A DNA stretch of 50,949 nt from Candidatus Bathyarchaeia archaeon. GTDB taxonomy: Archaea; Thermoproteota; Bathyarchaeia; Bathyarchaeales; Bathycorpusculaceae. The notes beneath the pieces were generated by a model. That model was not told the DNA's origin. It saw nothing but the letters and a program-made list of their open reading frames with translations, and searched no databases. Within the stretch, counting starts at the first letter, position 1, and each line of letters opens with the position of its first letter. Positions 28,089 to 38,316 of the stretch are shown piece by piece. The position numbers and the translations under genes are program-made. The stretch is taken from the NCBI GenBank assembly GCA_050015395.1, contig JBEKBM010000024.1, positions 1 through 50,949 of the forward strand, given 5' to 3'.

Positions 28089-29429
28089 TTGATAAGAGAT
28101 GAGCGGTTATCCGTAGACTTTGCAGGGATAAAACTTCCTAGTCCAATTGGTGTTGGTGCGATAGCAACATTTATGGGCAGTTCAATACCTGACGAAGATG
28201 TAGCCAGAATATTGCTCAAAGCTGTCGAAGCAGGTGCTGGATACATTTCGGTGGGAGCACTTTGCTATCTACCGGATGAACTTCTCCTAAAAAAGAAAAG
28301 CGAAGCCTCATCAAAAGATGGGCAGGAAATTATACGGAAACACTTTGGTGGTAAGCCTGTTAGACGATGGATGAAAGATGGAGACGGATGTTTCTTACAC
28401 AGATTAGGCGCCATGGGACCCTACGGTATTCCAATAGAAGGCTTTGCAAAATCCTTGGAACTCAAAATGCCCATTATCAAAATGTTGAAGAAAAATAAAC
28501 CCGCAGATGTTCCATTAATCGCTAATATCGAAGCTGCAGGAGATCCTGAATCCTTCGCCATAGCTTCAAAGAAAGCGGAAGAAGCAGGTCTTGATATGAT
28601 TGAATTAAACGTATCATGCCCTTTCTTTTCTACAGTCAGCGGAAACATAGACGCGTTTTTAAAAGGGAAATTTGTATTCGCAAATATGGGCGGCATTGTG
28701 GGCGACTCTCCGCAGTTCTTAGAGGAGGTAGTTAAAGAAGTTACTCACGAGGTAAGTATTCCAGTAGGAGTTAAACTAACACCCGAAACTGGATTCCCTA
28801 GGGTGATAGAAATTGGTAACCGAGTAAAAAATGCTGGGGCCTCTTTTATAACCACCTCCAACATGGGTGTCACTGTTCCACCACCAGATATTTACAATAA
28901 AGGGAAAACACCGTTACCGTTTACTATCGGAAACCCATTTATTGGTTATGGAGGTAATCCACTAAGACCAATTATACGCAAACATGTTGCCGCTCTTAGC
29001 ATGTATGTACCAGATTTAGATGTACTGGCTATGGGAGGCATAATGGACGCAGAGCAGGTAATCCAGATGATAATGCTTGGGGCTGCGGCTGTGGGGCAAT
29101 GCGCTGCTGTTTTCTTTAAAGGTAATCGCTTTCTGAGGTCGGAGCTTGCGTTTATCCAGAAATTCATGACAGAACAAGGGTATGATAGTATAGAGGAAAT
29201 TCGAAAAGTAGGGATTAAACAGCTTAGAACAGCTGACAAAGCCGAGGATTTACTCGCTAGGGCCCACATTGATCAAACTAAGTGCACGTTTTGTAAGACA
29301 TGCGTTGACAATATTTGCGCTGCGCTTTACGTGAAGGATGACAAAATAGTGGTCTCCGAGAAATGCATAGGTTGTGGTCTCTGTGCTATGGTGTGTCCAG
29401 CTAATGCAATAGAATTAGTAAAGGCCTGA
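28089..29429 (+). CDS. Dihydropyrimidine/dihydroorotate dehydrogenase-like FMN protein (PreA-like) with C-terminal 4Fe-4S ferredoxin domain
   Basis: LSVDFAGIKLPSPI, ELNVSCP, GVKLTP, AMGGI; CTFCKTC and CIGCGLCAMVCP. Start uncertain (28050-28089). Confidence 0.82.
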   Translation: MIRDERLSVDFAGIKLPSPIGVGAIATFMGSSIPDEDVARILLKAVEAGAGYISVGALCYLPDELLLKKKSEASSKDGQEIIRKHFGGKPVRRWMKDGDGCFLHRLGAMGPYGIPIEGFAKSLELKMPIIKMLKKNKPADVPLIANIEAAGDPESFAIASKKAEEAGLDMIELNVSCPFFSTVSGNIDAFLKGKFVFANMGGIVGDSPQFLEEVVKEVTHEVSIPVGVKLTPETGFPRVIEIGNRVKNAGASFITTSNMGVTVPPPDIYNKGKTPLPFTIGNPFIGYGGNPLRPIIRKHVAALSMYVPDLDVLAMGGIMDAEQVIQMIMLGAAAVGQCAAVFFKGNRFLRSELAFIQKFMTEQGYDSIEEIRKVGIKQLRTADKAEDLLARAHIDQTKCTFCKTCVDNICAALYVKDDKIVVSEKCIGCGLCAMVCPANAIELVKA

Positions 29430-29581
29430 ACTTTATTTTCCTCCTTTTTTAGAATTGGAACACCTCTCGGTGTAAGGTTTTAAGACAAATAAATAATCAT
29501 CTACTAGGTTCCCAGATGGGCGGCTTTCCAATGAAAGTTGAAACAACTGCATATTTATCTCTCCCATTTTTAATTGAAAGC

Positions 29582-31060
29582 TTATTCTAGGACCCATTTC
29601 CAGGTTCGATTTTTCATCTCGGTTAAGTTCACATAGACCACTTTCAACTGGGAATATTCTTCTAAAGCGAGCGACGTATTTTCCCGGCCAATGCCGCTTT
29701 CTTTGATTCCTCCCCAAGGTATTTCTTGGGACATTAGCATGTGCTCATTGATCCAGACTACTCCGGCTTGGATCCCCTCAGCCAGTTTCATGCCCCTAGC
29801 GGTATTCTTCGTCCACACCGATCCGCATAGTCCGTAATTGTTATCATTGACCGATTCTAGGGCTTTCTCTTCAGATGAGAATTTATCCATAATATAAGCT
29901 ACGGGCCCAAAGGTCTCTTCCCGACCGATCCTCATATCCAATGTAACACCGGTAAAGACGGTGGGCATCACGTAATAGCCTTTGTCTAAAGGAGGTGCCG
30001 TCGGCCTTTTTCCGCCCAAAACTAGCTTGGCCCCTTCCTCGACGCCGGATTTAATGTAGTCCTCGATCCTGTCCCGGTGCTCTCGGCTGACCACTGGTCC
30101 CATTTGTGTCTTTGGGTCCATGGGATTGCCTACTACCACCTTTTTGGCTGCAACCGTGAATTTGACGACAAACTCTTCGTAGATCTTCTCATGAAGATAA
30201 TACCGACCCGGTGAGGCACAAATCTGCCCGCTGTTAAAAAAGTTGGAATGGACGGCGCACTGTACCGCTGAATCAATATCGGCATCTTCCAGAACAATAA
30301 AGGGATTCTTACCTCCCAGTTCCAGGGTCAACCGTTTCATATTGCAACTGCCCACTTCCATGATTCTCTTTCCTGTTTCTGAACTGCCGGTAAAACTTAC
30401 CATCCGCACATCAGGGTGAGCAGACAGAGCTTCACCCACTAACCCACCTGGACCACTAATAATATTGACTACGCCTTTAGGTAAGTCCGACTTAGCCAGC
30501 GCTTCAGCCAACTTGAGGGTAGAAACGGAATCGATGCTGGGAGGTTTCAGAACACAGGTATTACCCATTGCTAAACAGGCTGACAGCTTTGATGCCGCCA
30601 TGACCAAAGGTACGTTCCAAGGAGTTATCAAGCCGCAAACGCCGATCGGTTCACGCTGCATATAAATCAAAGCTGACGAGCTTCGGGGCGCTACTTCTCC
30701 CATAACATTTTTAGCCATTTCTGCGGCCCCTCTAATAGCCCAACCGGGCATTTTTCCCATCCATAATGCGGAATTAATCGGAATACCGTGATCAAGACAC
30801 TCCAGTTTTCCCAGCTCATCAGAATAATCCAGGAGAATATCGGACACTTTATTTAAGATCAAACTTCGCTCCATCTGCGACTTCTTCGACCAGATGGGGA
30901 AAGCCGCTTTGGCGGCGGCGACAGCTTTGTCGACGTCGGCTTTATCGCCCTGAGGTAACCGGGCTATCTTTTCTTCAGTAGCCGGATTGACTACAGAATA
31001 GGTCTTACCTGACTGCGCCTCTACAAATTCGCCGTTGATCCACATTTTTAAATTGTACAT
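29582..31060 (-). CDS. NAD(P)-dependent aldehyde dehydrogenase
   Basis: ITPWNVP, FTGS, LELGGK, NSGQIC, EETFGP, GGIKESG; ATG at 31060 with GAGGAG RBS. Confidence 0.94.
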   Translation of the reverse strand: MYNLKMWINGEFVEAQSGKTYSVVNPATEEKIARLPQGDKADVDKAVAAAKAAFPIWSKKSQMERSLILNKVSDILLDYSDELGKLECLDHGIPINSALWMGKMPGWAIRGAAEMAKNVMGEVAPRSSSALIYMQREPIGVCGLITPWNVPLVMAASKLSACLAMGNTCVLKPPSIDSVSTLKLAEALAKSDLPKGVVNIISGPGGLVGEALSAHPDVRMVSFTGSSETGKRIMEVGSCNMKRLTLELGGKNPFIVLEDADIDSAVQCAVHSNFFNSGQICASPGRYYLHEKIYEEFVVKFTVAAKKVVVGNPMDPKTQMGPVVSREHRDRIEDYIKSGVEEGAKLVLGGKRPTAPPLDKGYYVMPTVFTGVTLDMRIGREETFGPVAYIMDKFSSEEKALESVNDNNYGLCGSVWTKNTARGMKLAEGIQAGVVWINEHMLMSQEIPWGGIKESGIGRENTSLALEEYSQLKVVYVNLTEMKNRTWKWVLE

Positions 31061-31098
31061 AGTATCAATCTCCTCTCTACCTGAAATATTTTGGATAG

Positions 31099-32547
31099 TC
31101 ACGGCTTCTCCTTTGCCATGATGTCCATCTGCACAGTTTTCGTCTCGGTGTAGTATTGAAGAGCTTCGAAGCCGAGTTCGCGACCAAGACCACTCTGTTT
31201 TACTCCTCCGCGAGGCACTTCAAGAGCATATTCCATGCGCGTGTTGACCCATACTGCCCCAGCTTCAAGCTTTTCAGCTGCGATGCTAGCTTTCCTCACG
31301 TCGTTGGTCCAGATGCATGAACCAAGCCCATAGATTGTGTCATTTGCTTTCTCAATGGCTTCATCAAGGTCTTTAACTTTGAAGATAGGTATCGCCGGTC
31401 CGAAGCACTCTTCTTTAGCTATCCTCGCATCTTCTCTGACATTAGTTAAGACTGATGGGAGATAAAAGAAGCCATTGTCAAACTCGGGGCCTTTAGGACG
31501 TTTGGCTCCAGTTAGAACCATTGCGCCACTTTTGACTGCGTCATCAACAAGCTCCTCCACCTTCTCTCTCTGTTGGGCATTGTTGAGAGGACCCATGGTT
31601 GTTTCAGGGTTTAGTCCATTTCCAACCTTTATTGCCTTAACTCTTTTTACAAACTTTTTAGTGAAGGTTTCTGCAATCTTCTCAAAAAGGTAGAGGCGCT
31701 TAATCGCTATGCATCTCTGCCCGCAGTTTGCGAATCTACCGGATACGGCTGCTTCGACGGCGAGGTCAATATCTGCATCGTCACATACGATCATCGGGTC
31801 GCTTCCTCCGAGTTCCAAGGTTACCCTCTTGATGCACTTTGAAGCGGCTTCCATTATATGCCTACCAGTGGCGGTTTCACCGGTGAATGAGATTTTGCGA
31901 ATATTTGGGTTTTCAAGAATTTCTTCGCCAACCACGTTACCTGGACCTGTGACAACATTCAGGACACCTGCTGGAACCCCTGCGCTCTCCAGGATTTCAG
32001 CACACTTTAGGTTTGTTAATGGAGTGGTGCTTGCAGGCTTCACCACAAAAGTGTTCCCAGTGATCAAACCGAGGGGCACCTTACAAGCCATGAGTACAAC
32101 AGGGTTGTTCCAAGGAAGAATCGCTCCACAGACGCCTATAGGTTGCTTGATGACGACAGCGTATTTCCCTCTTCCTTTCAGAGGGATGTATGACCCTTGC
32201 AAATTCGTTGCCATGCCTCCGCAGTATTCACAGATATTGGCAAATCTATTGATCTCAGAAATGGATTCTCGTAGCGGCTTCCCTTGCTCCATCGTCAATA
32301 AAGTAGATAGTTCCTTCTCACGTTCTCTAGCCATTTGAGCAACTTTGAAGAAAATCTTCCCTCGATCAAATGGAGGGGTCTCCGACCAGCTTCTGAAGGC
32401 ATCTTTAGCCGCATCTACCGCCTTTTTTACGTCTTCCTTTGTTCCTTTCGGAACTTCATCGATCTTCTCGCCAGTCGCGGGGTTAATGACAGAGTACACC
32501 TCTTCAGACACCGAGTCAACCCATTTTCCGCCGATGAACATTTTCAT
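31099..32547 (-). CDS. NAD(P)-dependent aldehyde dehydrogenase (lactaldehyde/succinate-semialdehyde-like)
   Basis: ILPWNNP, FTGE, LELGGSDP, NCGQRC, EECFGP, GGVKQSG. Confidence 0.94.
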   Translation of the reverse strand: MKMFIGGKWVDSVSEEVYSVINPATGEKIDEVPKGTKEDVKKAVDAAKDAFRSWSETPPFDRGKIFFKVAQMAREREKELSTLLTMEQGKPLRESISEINRFANICEYCGGMATNLQGSYIPLKGRGKYAVVIKQPIGVCGAILPWNNPVVLMACKVPLGLITGNTFVVKPASTTPLTNLKCAEILESAGVPAGVLNVVTGPGNVVGEEILENPNIRKISFTGETATGRHIMEAASKCIKRVTLELGGSDPMIVCDDADIDLAVEAAVSGRFANCGQRCIAIKRLYLFEKIAETFTKKFVKRVKAIKVGNGLNPETTMGPLNNAQQREKVEELVDDAVKSGAMVLTGAKRPKGPEFDNGFFYLPSVLTNVREDARIAKEECFGPAIPIFKVKDLDEAIEKANDTIYGLGSCIWTNDVRKASIAAEKLEAGAVWVNTRMEYALEVPRGGVKQSGLGRELGFEALQYYTETKTVQMDIMAKEKP

Positions 32548-32599
32548 GCGATTGCACGCCTGTTTTCAGAGAGTTAGCGTTATGCACATATAAACATAT

Positions 32600-32775
32600 C
32601 GGCATGATGGTTTGGCTCAAAACCCGTGCTTCCTCAGATTGTCCAAATGAGGTTTTAGCAGATGATTTTTGATCATGTCTCTGTTTTGATGGTTTGTTTT
32701 GTTCTATTTCTGACGAGGTCTCCTACAAGGCTTTTTAGCGAATGCCATCCAGCTTCAACTCGCTGGCGCAGCTTG
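32600..32775 (-). mobile_element. Degraded C-terminal fragment of an IS5-like transposase
   Basis: Manual translation KLRQRVEAGWHSLKSLVGDLVRNRTKQTIKTET*SKIIC*NLIWTI resembles the R-x-x-VE-x5-K and yNL end of archaeal DDE transposases; it starts at GCGCGCGC 32776. Confidence 0.6.
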
Positions 32776-33042
32776 GCGCGCGCTTAGTCCGAGTAGTAAT
32801 GAAATAGTTGACTCAGTCAAGGGTCGCATATGAACCAAAAACCTGATTCTTGGTTTGGCTACATGGGGCAGATCTTGAGAATAGACCTGACAACCCACAA
32901 ATGGCAAAATCTTACGAGTAAACTTAACAAATGATGAGGTTCGTATAGGAAATCTTTCACAAGAAATTCAAGAAAAATACATAGGTGGCTCTGGGCTAGC
33001 TGCAAAAATAATTTACGACGAGATTCCTAATGATGTTGAATC
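32775..33042 (+). pseudogene. Chimeric relic of two AOR 5' ends
   Basis: 32820-32902 is identical to 33918-34000, and looser homology extends back to GGCGCGCGCT. About 32901-33042 is similar to 24374-24516. Confidence 0.85.
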
Positions 33043-33283
33043 TCTTATGAACGATGAACGATATCAAGCCCTCCTGCGTCGTGCAAACTCGTCCATTTCG
33101 AGTCTGTCTTGCCAGTACGGGAGTATAGTTAAATTCGCATGCCAGTTTACGAGTATTTAATTATGCAAACAGATTAAAATCACTCCGAAAACACCTACTG
33201 AAGGGCAGTTACACATGAAGTCTTGTATTAACTTTTGCTATAATAAGATTTAAATTCATTACGGTTCAAGTATAGGGTGCGCT

Positions 33284-33910
33284 ATGCATAGAGGGAGAAG
33301 AAAAATCAGGAAAGCATGTGTCGTAATGGCCGTGATTCTCCTAACAGTGGGAATTGTCTTGACTTATTCACATCCAGAATCTTTACCTGAAGAAGTCACC
33401 TTAGATAAGTGGGATCCTTTGACGCCTTCAACGTTAAGTCCGCAGAACGAGACTGGTTGGGATTATACGGAATTAACACAAGGTGGAACCTTTTTGAAAT
33501 TGAACGTGACAGCTTCGGATAACGTGACATTGATGATAGGAGAACCTATCTATAACAATGTTACAGGAGGAGAGAGCTGGACCAATCTTTTATTTAATCA
33601 AAATGGAACGCGCTTCACTCAAGAGGTCGCAATTGCTGGAACGAACGCTTCATTTTTAGAAATTATAAATAATGAAACAACGCCTGTAAATATTTCGGGC
33701 AATGTAACAAAGCTCGGGAATATAAACCAAACGGTCTACCCGTATTCCCTCTTAGGAATTTTGGTGGCGCTGGTAGGATTTATTTTGCTGATCTATGGAA
33801 TTGTGACCCGCCCTGGACCCAGGAGAAAGCACTCTAAAAAGAAAACTGGAAAAACACGTACCACTTGGAGGGCGCGCGCTTTAAGTCCAAGTGGTAATGA
33901 AATAGTTTAA
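33284..33910 (+). CDS. Hypothetical membrane protein (two TM segments, many N-x-S/T sequons)
   Basis: Hydrophobic segments near both ends; NET, NVT, NGT, NAS, NIS and NQT sequons; decayed paralog at 13500. Confidence 0.75.
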   Translation: MHRGRRKIRKACVVMAVILLTVGIVLTYSHPESLPEEVTLDKWDPLTPSTLSPQNETGWDYTELTQGGTFLKLNVTASDNVTLMIGEPIYNNVTGGESWTNLLFNQNGTRFTQEVAIAGTNASFLEIINNETTPVNISGNVTKLGNINQTVYPYSLLGILVALVGFILLIYGIVTRPGPRRKHSKKKTGKTRTTWRARALSPSGNEIV

Positions 33911-33927
33911 TCAGTGGAGGGTCGCAT

Positions 33928-35793
33928 ATGAACCAAAAACCTGATTCTTGGTTTGGCTACATGGGGCAGATCTTGAGAATAGACCTGACAACCCACAAAT
34001 ACACGATAGAACCATTAAAGAAGGACTTGGCTGAGATTTTTGTTGGCGGCCGTGGTTTCGGCATAAAAGTACTCTTTGATGAAGTGCCAAAGGGAGTGGA
34101 GCCATTAGGCCCAAGCAACAAGCTTGTTTTCACCATTGGTCCATTAACAGCCACTAAAGCGCAGTCTGCAAGCAGGTGGATTGCTCAGTTCAAGTCTCCG
34201 CTTACAAATATCTACTGCAGAAGTGTTGCTGGAGGGGGTTTCGGGGCGGAACTCAAGTTCGCAGGTTATGACGCGATAATTGTGGAGGGCAGATCTGAAA
34301 AGCCTGTCTATGCATGGATAAATGACGACAAAGTAGAGTTTAGAGACGCTGATAAGGTTTGGGGTATGATGACCTTGGCAGCTAGGGATTTTATCCGTGA
34401 AGAGACGGATGAAAGGTCTAGAATGGCTCTGATAGGACCTGCGGGTGAGAGGCTTGTCAAACTCTCAGCTATAGTGTCTGATGACATGAGGACGGCGGCG
34501 CGAGGTGGCGGCGGAGCAGTAATGGGCTCAAAAAACCTAAAGGCAGTAGTGGTGAGAGGCTCTAAAAGACCGAAGATCTACGACGAGAACGCCTTTGATA
34601 AGGCTGTGAAAGAGCAGATAACCCTTTACCGTGAAAGCCCAGCCTTCGAGGGCTTCAAAAGTCTCGGCACGAATGGCGATGTGTATCTCTTTTATACTAT
34701 GGGAAATTTTCCAACATACAACTTCAAACAGTATCCCTTTGAAGGGGTCAGCAGATTCTCGCCTGAAATCCTGGCGAGCTACGTGGTTAAGCATAATGGA
34801 TGCTACGGCTGCATGATAAGGTGTTGGAAAACCTTCAAGATCAGCAAGGGACCCTACGCTGGCATTGCATGGCAATTTCCAGAATATGAAACTCACTGGT
34901 CTTATGGTGGCACATTAGGAAACAGCAACATAGAATCCATAACCTATGCCAATATGCTCTCAGATCTTTACGGCTTGGACACTGTCTCAACTGGATCCGC
35001 GATAGCATTTGCTACGGAACTTTACGAGAAGGGCATTATAAACAAAAGCGAAACAGATGGGCTTGAGCTCAGATGGGGTAACCCAGAGGTTATGGTGGAG
35101 CTTGTGAGACGTATAGCCCTTAGAATAGGCATAGGCAACCTGCTAGGTGAAGGCGTAAAGCGAGCCGCCGAAATCATAGGAAGGGGCGCTGAAAAGTACG
35201 CAATGCACGTTAAAGGTATGGAACTTCCCGCTTATGATCCCCGCTCTGTTAAAGCCCACGGGCTTAACTTTGCCACTTCCCCCATAGGGGCAAGTCACTG
35301 CATAGGCTGGAACAAGTTCGAAATCCTGGGAATACCTAGGAAAGTGGACCCGCTCGCTGTTGAAGGCAAGGGTGAAATAACCAAATACGTGCAGGACGAG
35401 ACCGCAGCGGCTGAAACGGCGATTTTCTGTACGTTTCCCCTCAGCAGTCAAATGGTAACCCTGGATCTTTATAGCAAACTTCTGGAGTCGGCTACGGGCA
35501 TAGAGAAGTTTAAGAATCCAAAGTATCTGTGGCTTGTGGGCGAGAGAATTTTCAACCTTGAAAGGGCCTTCAACATTCGGGAGGGCTTCAACGCTAACCA
35601 AGACACTATGCCCGATAGAATTCTCAAAGAGCCTGTGCCTAGGGAGCCCTCCAAGGGGCAAGTCTTCGAGCTCGACACGTTACTCCAAGACTACTACTTG
35701 GTTAGGGGATGGAACAAGCAGGGAATACCCACAAAAGAAAAGCTTGAGGCGCTGGGACTCGCAGAGGTTGCCAATCAGCTGGGAATAGCCTAA
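33928..35793 (+). CDS. Aldehyde:ferredoxin oxidoreductase family (W/Mo-bisPPT)
   Basis: GYMGQILRIDL, KSPLT, IGPAGE, ARGGGGAVMGSKNLKA, CYGCMIRC, PEYET, GLDTVS, YDPR, YYLVRGW. Confidence 0.93.
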   Translation: MNQKPDSWFGYMGQILRIDLTTHKYTIEPLKKDLAEIFVGGRGFGIKVLFDEVPKGVEPLGPSNKLVFTIGPLTATKAQSASRWIAQFKSPLTNIYCRSVAGGGFGAELKFAGYDAIIVEGRSEKPVYAWINDDKVEFRDADKVWGMMTLAARDFIREETDERSRMALIGPAGERLVKLSAIVSDDMRTAARGGGGAVMGSKNLKAVVVRGSKRPKIYDENAFDKAVKEQITLYRESPAFEGFKSLGTNGDVYLFYTMGNFPTYNFKQYPFEGVSRFSPEILASYVVKHNGCYGCMIRCWKTFKISKGPYAGIAWQFPEYETHWSYGGTLGNSNIESITYANMLSDLYGLDTVSTGSAIAFATELYEKGIINKSETDGLELRWGNPEVMVELVRRIALRIGIGNLLGEGVKRAAEIIGRGAEKYAMHVKGMELPAYDPRSVKAHGLNFATSPIGASHCIGWNKFEILGIPRKVDPLAVEGKGEITKYVQDETAAAETAIFCTFPLSSQMVTLDLYSKLLESATGIEKFKNPKYLWLVGERIFNLERAFNIREGFNANQDTMPDRILKEPVPREPSKGQVFELDTLLQDYYLVRGWNKQGIPTKEKLEALGLAEVANQLGIA

Positions 35794-35833
35794 ATAGCAT
35801 CTTTCCCTTCATCCTTTGTTACTTGTGGTCGAG

Positions 35834-36094
35834 ATGAGGGTTCACATAAAGTTCGTGGGAAAATTTCACGAAGAATTCAGCATGGAAGACGTGTGGATTT
35901 ATCTCCAAAACGGAGCCACAATGAAAGAAGTGCTTGAGAAACTTGAAAGGGAGAAAAGCATAAAAGTAAACCTGCAAAACTCCAGCATGGTCGTTTTGGT
36001 TAACGGCAAGCGTATGGAATTCGTAGGTGGGCTCAACGCGACCCTCAGGGACCTAGATGAGATTGTGATCATGCCAATCATAGTCGGAGGCTAA
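35834..36094 (+). CDS. MoaD/ThiS-like ubiquitin-fold sulfur carrier
   Basis: VLVNG and C-terminal GG; directly downstream of the AOR gene. Confidence 0.88.
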   Translation: MRVHIKFVGKFHEEFSMEDVWIYLQNGATMKEVLEKLEREKSIKVNLQNSSMVVLVNGKRMEFVGGLNATLRDLDEIVIMPIIVGG

Positions 36095-36386
36095 ACGGCT
36101 TTTTTCATTAAATTTCGCACCCTTCCGCCAAAAGTTGGGAGTGCGTTTTTAGCATAAGACATTAACGATGCAAAAGAAACCCCAGTTAGTCGGCTCATCC
36201 CCTTTTTGGGTAAGTCCGGTCCAACTCAGCCCTGTAGACTGCAGAGTTGCTCAACCTATTTTCCAGTGGTTTCTTGACTCTTTGACAATTTTCGGCAATT
36301 GGACCCGCCCCCATTTCAGAGTGTGTGAAAACTATGTTAGGTTTTCGGGGGAATGATAGTTTTATATGTATAAATATCAGCTATAT

Positions 36387-36572
36387 ATGCCTAAGAAAAT
36401 AGTTTTTGAGCCAGCAACCGAAATCAAAGTCACCGGAATCATCGGCTTCTTAAAAAGAAAAGTCATTTCCTACGGAACAGGCGCAAAAGTAACCTGCCCA
36501 AAAGAATACCTCGGCAAAACAGTGTACCTCATCATAGTAAATGAACCTGAAGAAGGGAGCGAACAGCAATGA
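36387..36572 (+). CDS. DUF2080-like small (transposon-associated) protein
   Basis: KRKVISYGTGAKVTCPKEYLGKTVYLII signature; TATA-like element at 36361-36376. Confidence 0.75.
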   Translation: MPKKIVFEPATEIKVTGIIGFLKRKVISYGTGAKVTCPKEYLGKTVYLIIVNEPEEGSEQQ

Positions 36573-36578
36573 GCGAGC

Positions 36579-36989
36579 ATGTTAGCGGAACCCACAGAGA
36601 CCAAACCATCTAAGCAGTCCAAAGCGTTAAAGGCGCTCCCCATTTCTTATCCCTTAACCCAAAATATCCTGAATTACTTAGATTATCTGCGTTCTCTTAA
36701 TCCAGTGCCCAAGTTTTGGCTGCCATCTGGCAAGATTGTTTTCGGATACATCATTATGCCTGATCGCCACCTTAGCGACCGAGCAGTCTTCAATATAGTA
36801 AGAGATACAAGCGAAACATTTTGGCCTCACCTATTCCGAGAAACCGTAGCCAGTGACTTAGTCAAACAAGATAACAGCATTATCACAGCGTTTAAAGTTC
36901 AAAAAAGATTGGATTTAGAAGATATGCGAACAAGGTTTAATTATCTGCAGCGTTTTGCGAAAGATGTCATTAAGCGAGAATTTGACTGA
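36579..36989 (+). pseudogene. Truncated tyrosine recombinase/integrase (C-terminal catalytic portion)
   Basis: LSDRAVFNIVR, WPHLFRET (H-x-x-R) and a Tyr near the end (FNYLQRF). The N-terminal domain and first catalytic Arg box are not evident. Confidence 0.65.
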
Positions 36990-37309
36990 TTAGTTACTTG
37001 TTTCACCTTGTAGTGTGCGTGCGTGGTTCGGGGTGGGTAGGCGGGTATTTTAGGCATCCAGAGTACAGTGGTGTCCGTTACGCATTTCTATATGAAGACG
37101 AAGCATTCAAACAAAGTACCGCTTCTCTGTATGATTTGCGGAAGATGTCTTCTGCGTTTCTGGCTTCTCTAAAATCAAAGAGCGACTGTGCTTGGCTCTT
37201 AAAGTACAAATATGCCTTAGCCCTATCCCTCTTGCGAGGGACGGCTCCAAAACCAATAAAACTAGTGTTCTTCAAAATTATACCTCAAAGAACCTAGGGA
37301 GCCGCCCTT

Positions 37310-37837
37310 CTAAAGTTTTGATCTACTGTTATCCAGCGGGTCTCGCGTGCTCCACGCCTTTATGAAGGAAGCGTCAAACACAGCGTCAACTTCTTTCGCG
37401 CCGTTCTGTTTCAAGAGCTTAACGACTTTTTCTTCGATTATTCTGGTGAGGTTGTCTTCTCCGACCTTGCGGATGAACCTGCTGAGAACGCTTCTTGGAT
37501 AGCTTGCTTGGGCTGGTTTGATTAGGCACAGTTTTCTAAGCCTTTGGTCTGTGTCGGGCTGTCTTGTCATTTCTCTTAAGCTGCGAACACCCTTCATTCG
37601 CATGACGATGAAGGCTCTGAAAACTCCCAAAGGGTTTCTTGGGAGTCTGCCGGGTCCATCGATGTGAAAGCAACCCTGCAAGATCTTATGAGCAAAACTT
37701 AAGTCTACGTTTCTGAAGAGAGCTTCTAGAGTCTCGTGTTCATCTTGTCCCGCTGGGATTCACCTCCTAAGCTTGGACGTCACTCAAAAAATACGAGGCT
37801 CCCAAAAATAAACGTTAACTTAATTTAGGGACAAGCC
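37310..37837 (-). mobile_element. IS5/IS1182-like element left end with N-terminal transposase fragment
   Basis: PLGVFRAFIVMRMKGVRSLREM...SVLSRF (DUF772-like) and FDASFIKA (first catalytic D), truncated soon after; left end reads GGCTTGTCCCTAAATTAA on the minus strand. Confidence 0.82.
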
Positions 37838-38316
37838 AGCGCGGGTCTTGCAGAGGTAGAGGGTTAGGAAAGTGCTCAGGTAAAACATTTTTTGTTTTTT
37901 TGGTATCTTTGCTGAAATGCTAAATCTTTAGGTGTATAATAACGTCTTTCTGGAGCAAACTTTGATTTTTCTTTTTCTAGTTAGCTTATTAAAAGGATTC
38001 AAAATTTGGAATTTTTTGACAACCATTGATTTATCTCCCCTTTTATGTGTGCGCACAGCCTACCGCTCCGGTCTAGTATATGGTCCAAATAGGTTTCAGC
38101 CCCGGATGCTTTCGTGCTAAATGGAGTCTGTAATTTTTTCGCAAGTGTTGATTTTACAATCAAATGAGGCTAACGTGCCATGTCGAAATGCTTAATTGTT
38201 CGCTAACGCTAACTGAAATTATAATTGATTGCTTCTTGTTGCAATATTGATTAGGCTTGCAGGGCATCATCAAGATAAGAATCAATCAAATTAATCAAGG
38301 CAAAGAGGTTTTATGG

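Noticed and set aside
29433-29717. 94-aa ORF downstream of the ALDH
   Set aside because: Mostly an alternative frame of the ALDH end; the short remainder after an RBS-like sequence is unidentifiable
36998-37297. Opposing small ORFs between the recombinase relic and the IS fragment
   Set aside because: No recognisable motifs; cannot tell which strand, if either, is coding
38060-38130. tRNA-like start (GCTCCGGTCTAGTA...)
   Set aside because: No T-loop GTTCRA and no closing acceptor stem; a cloverleaf cannot be built
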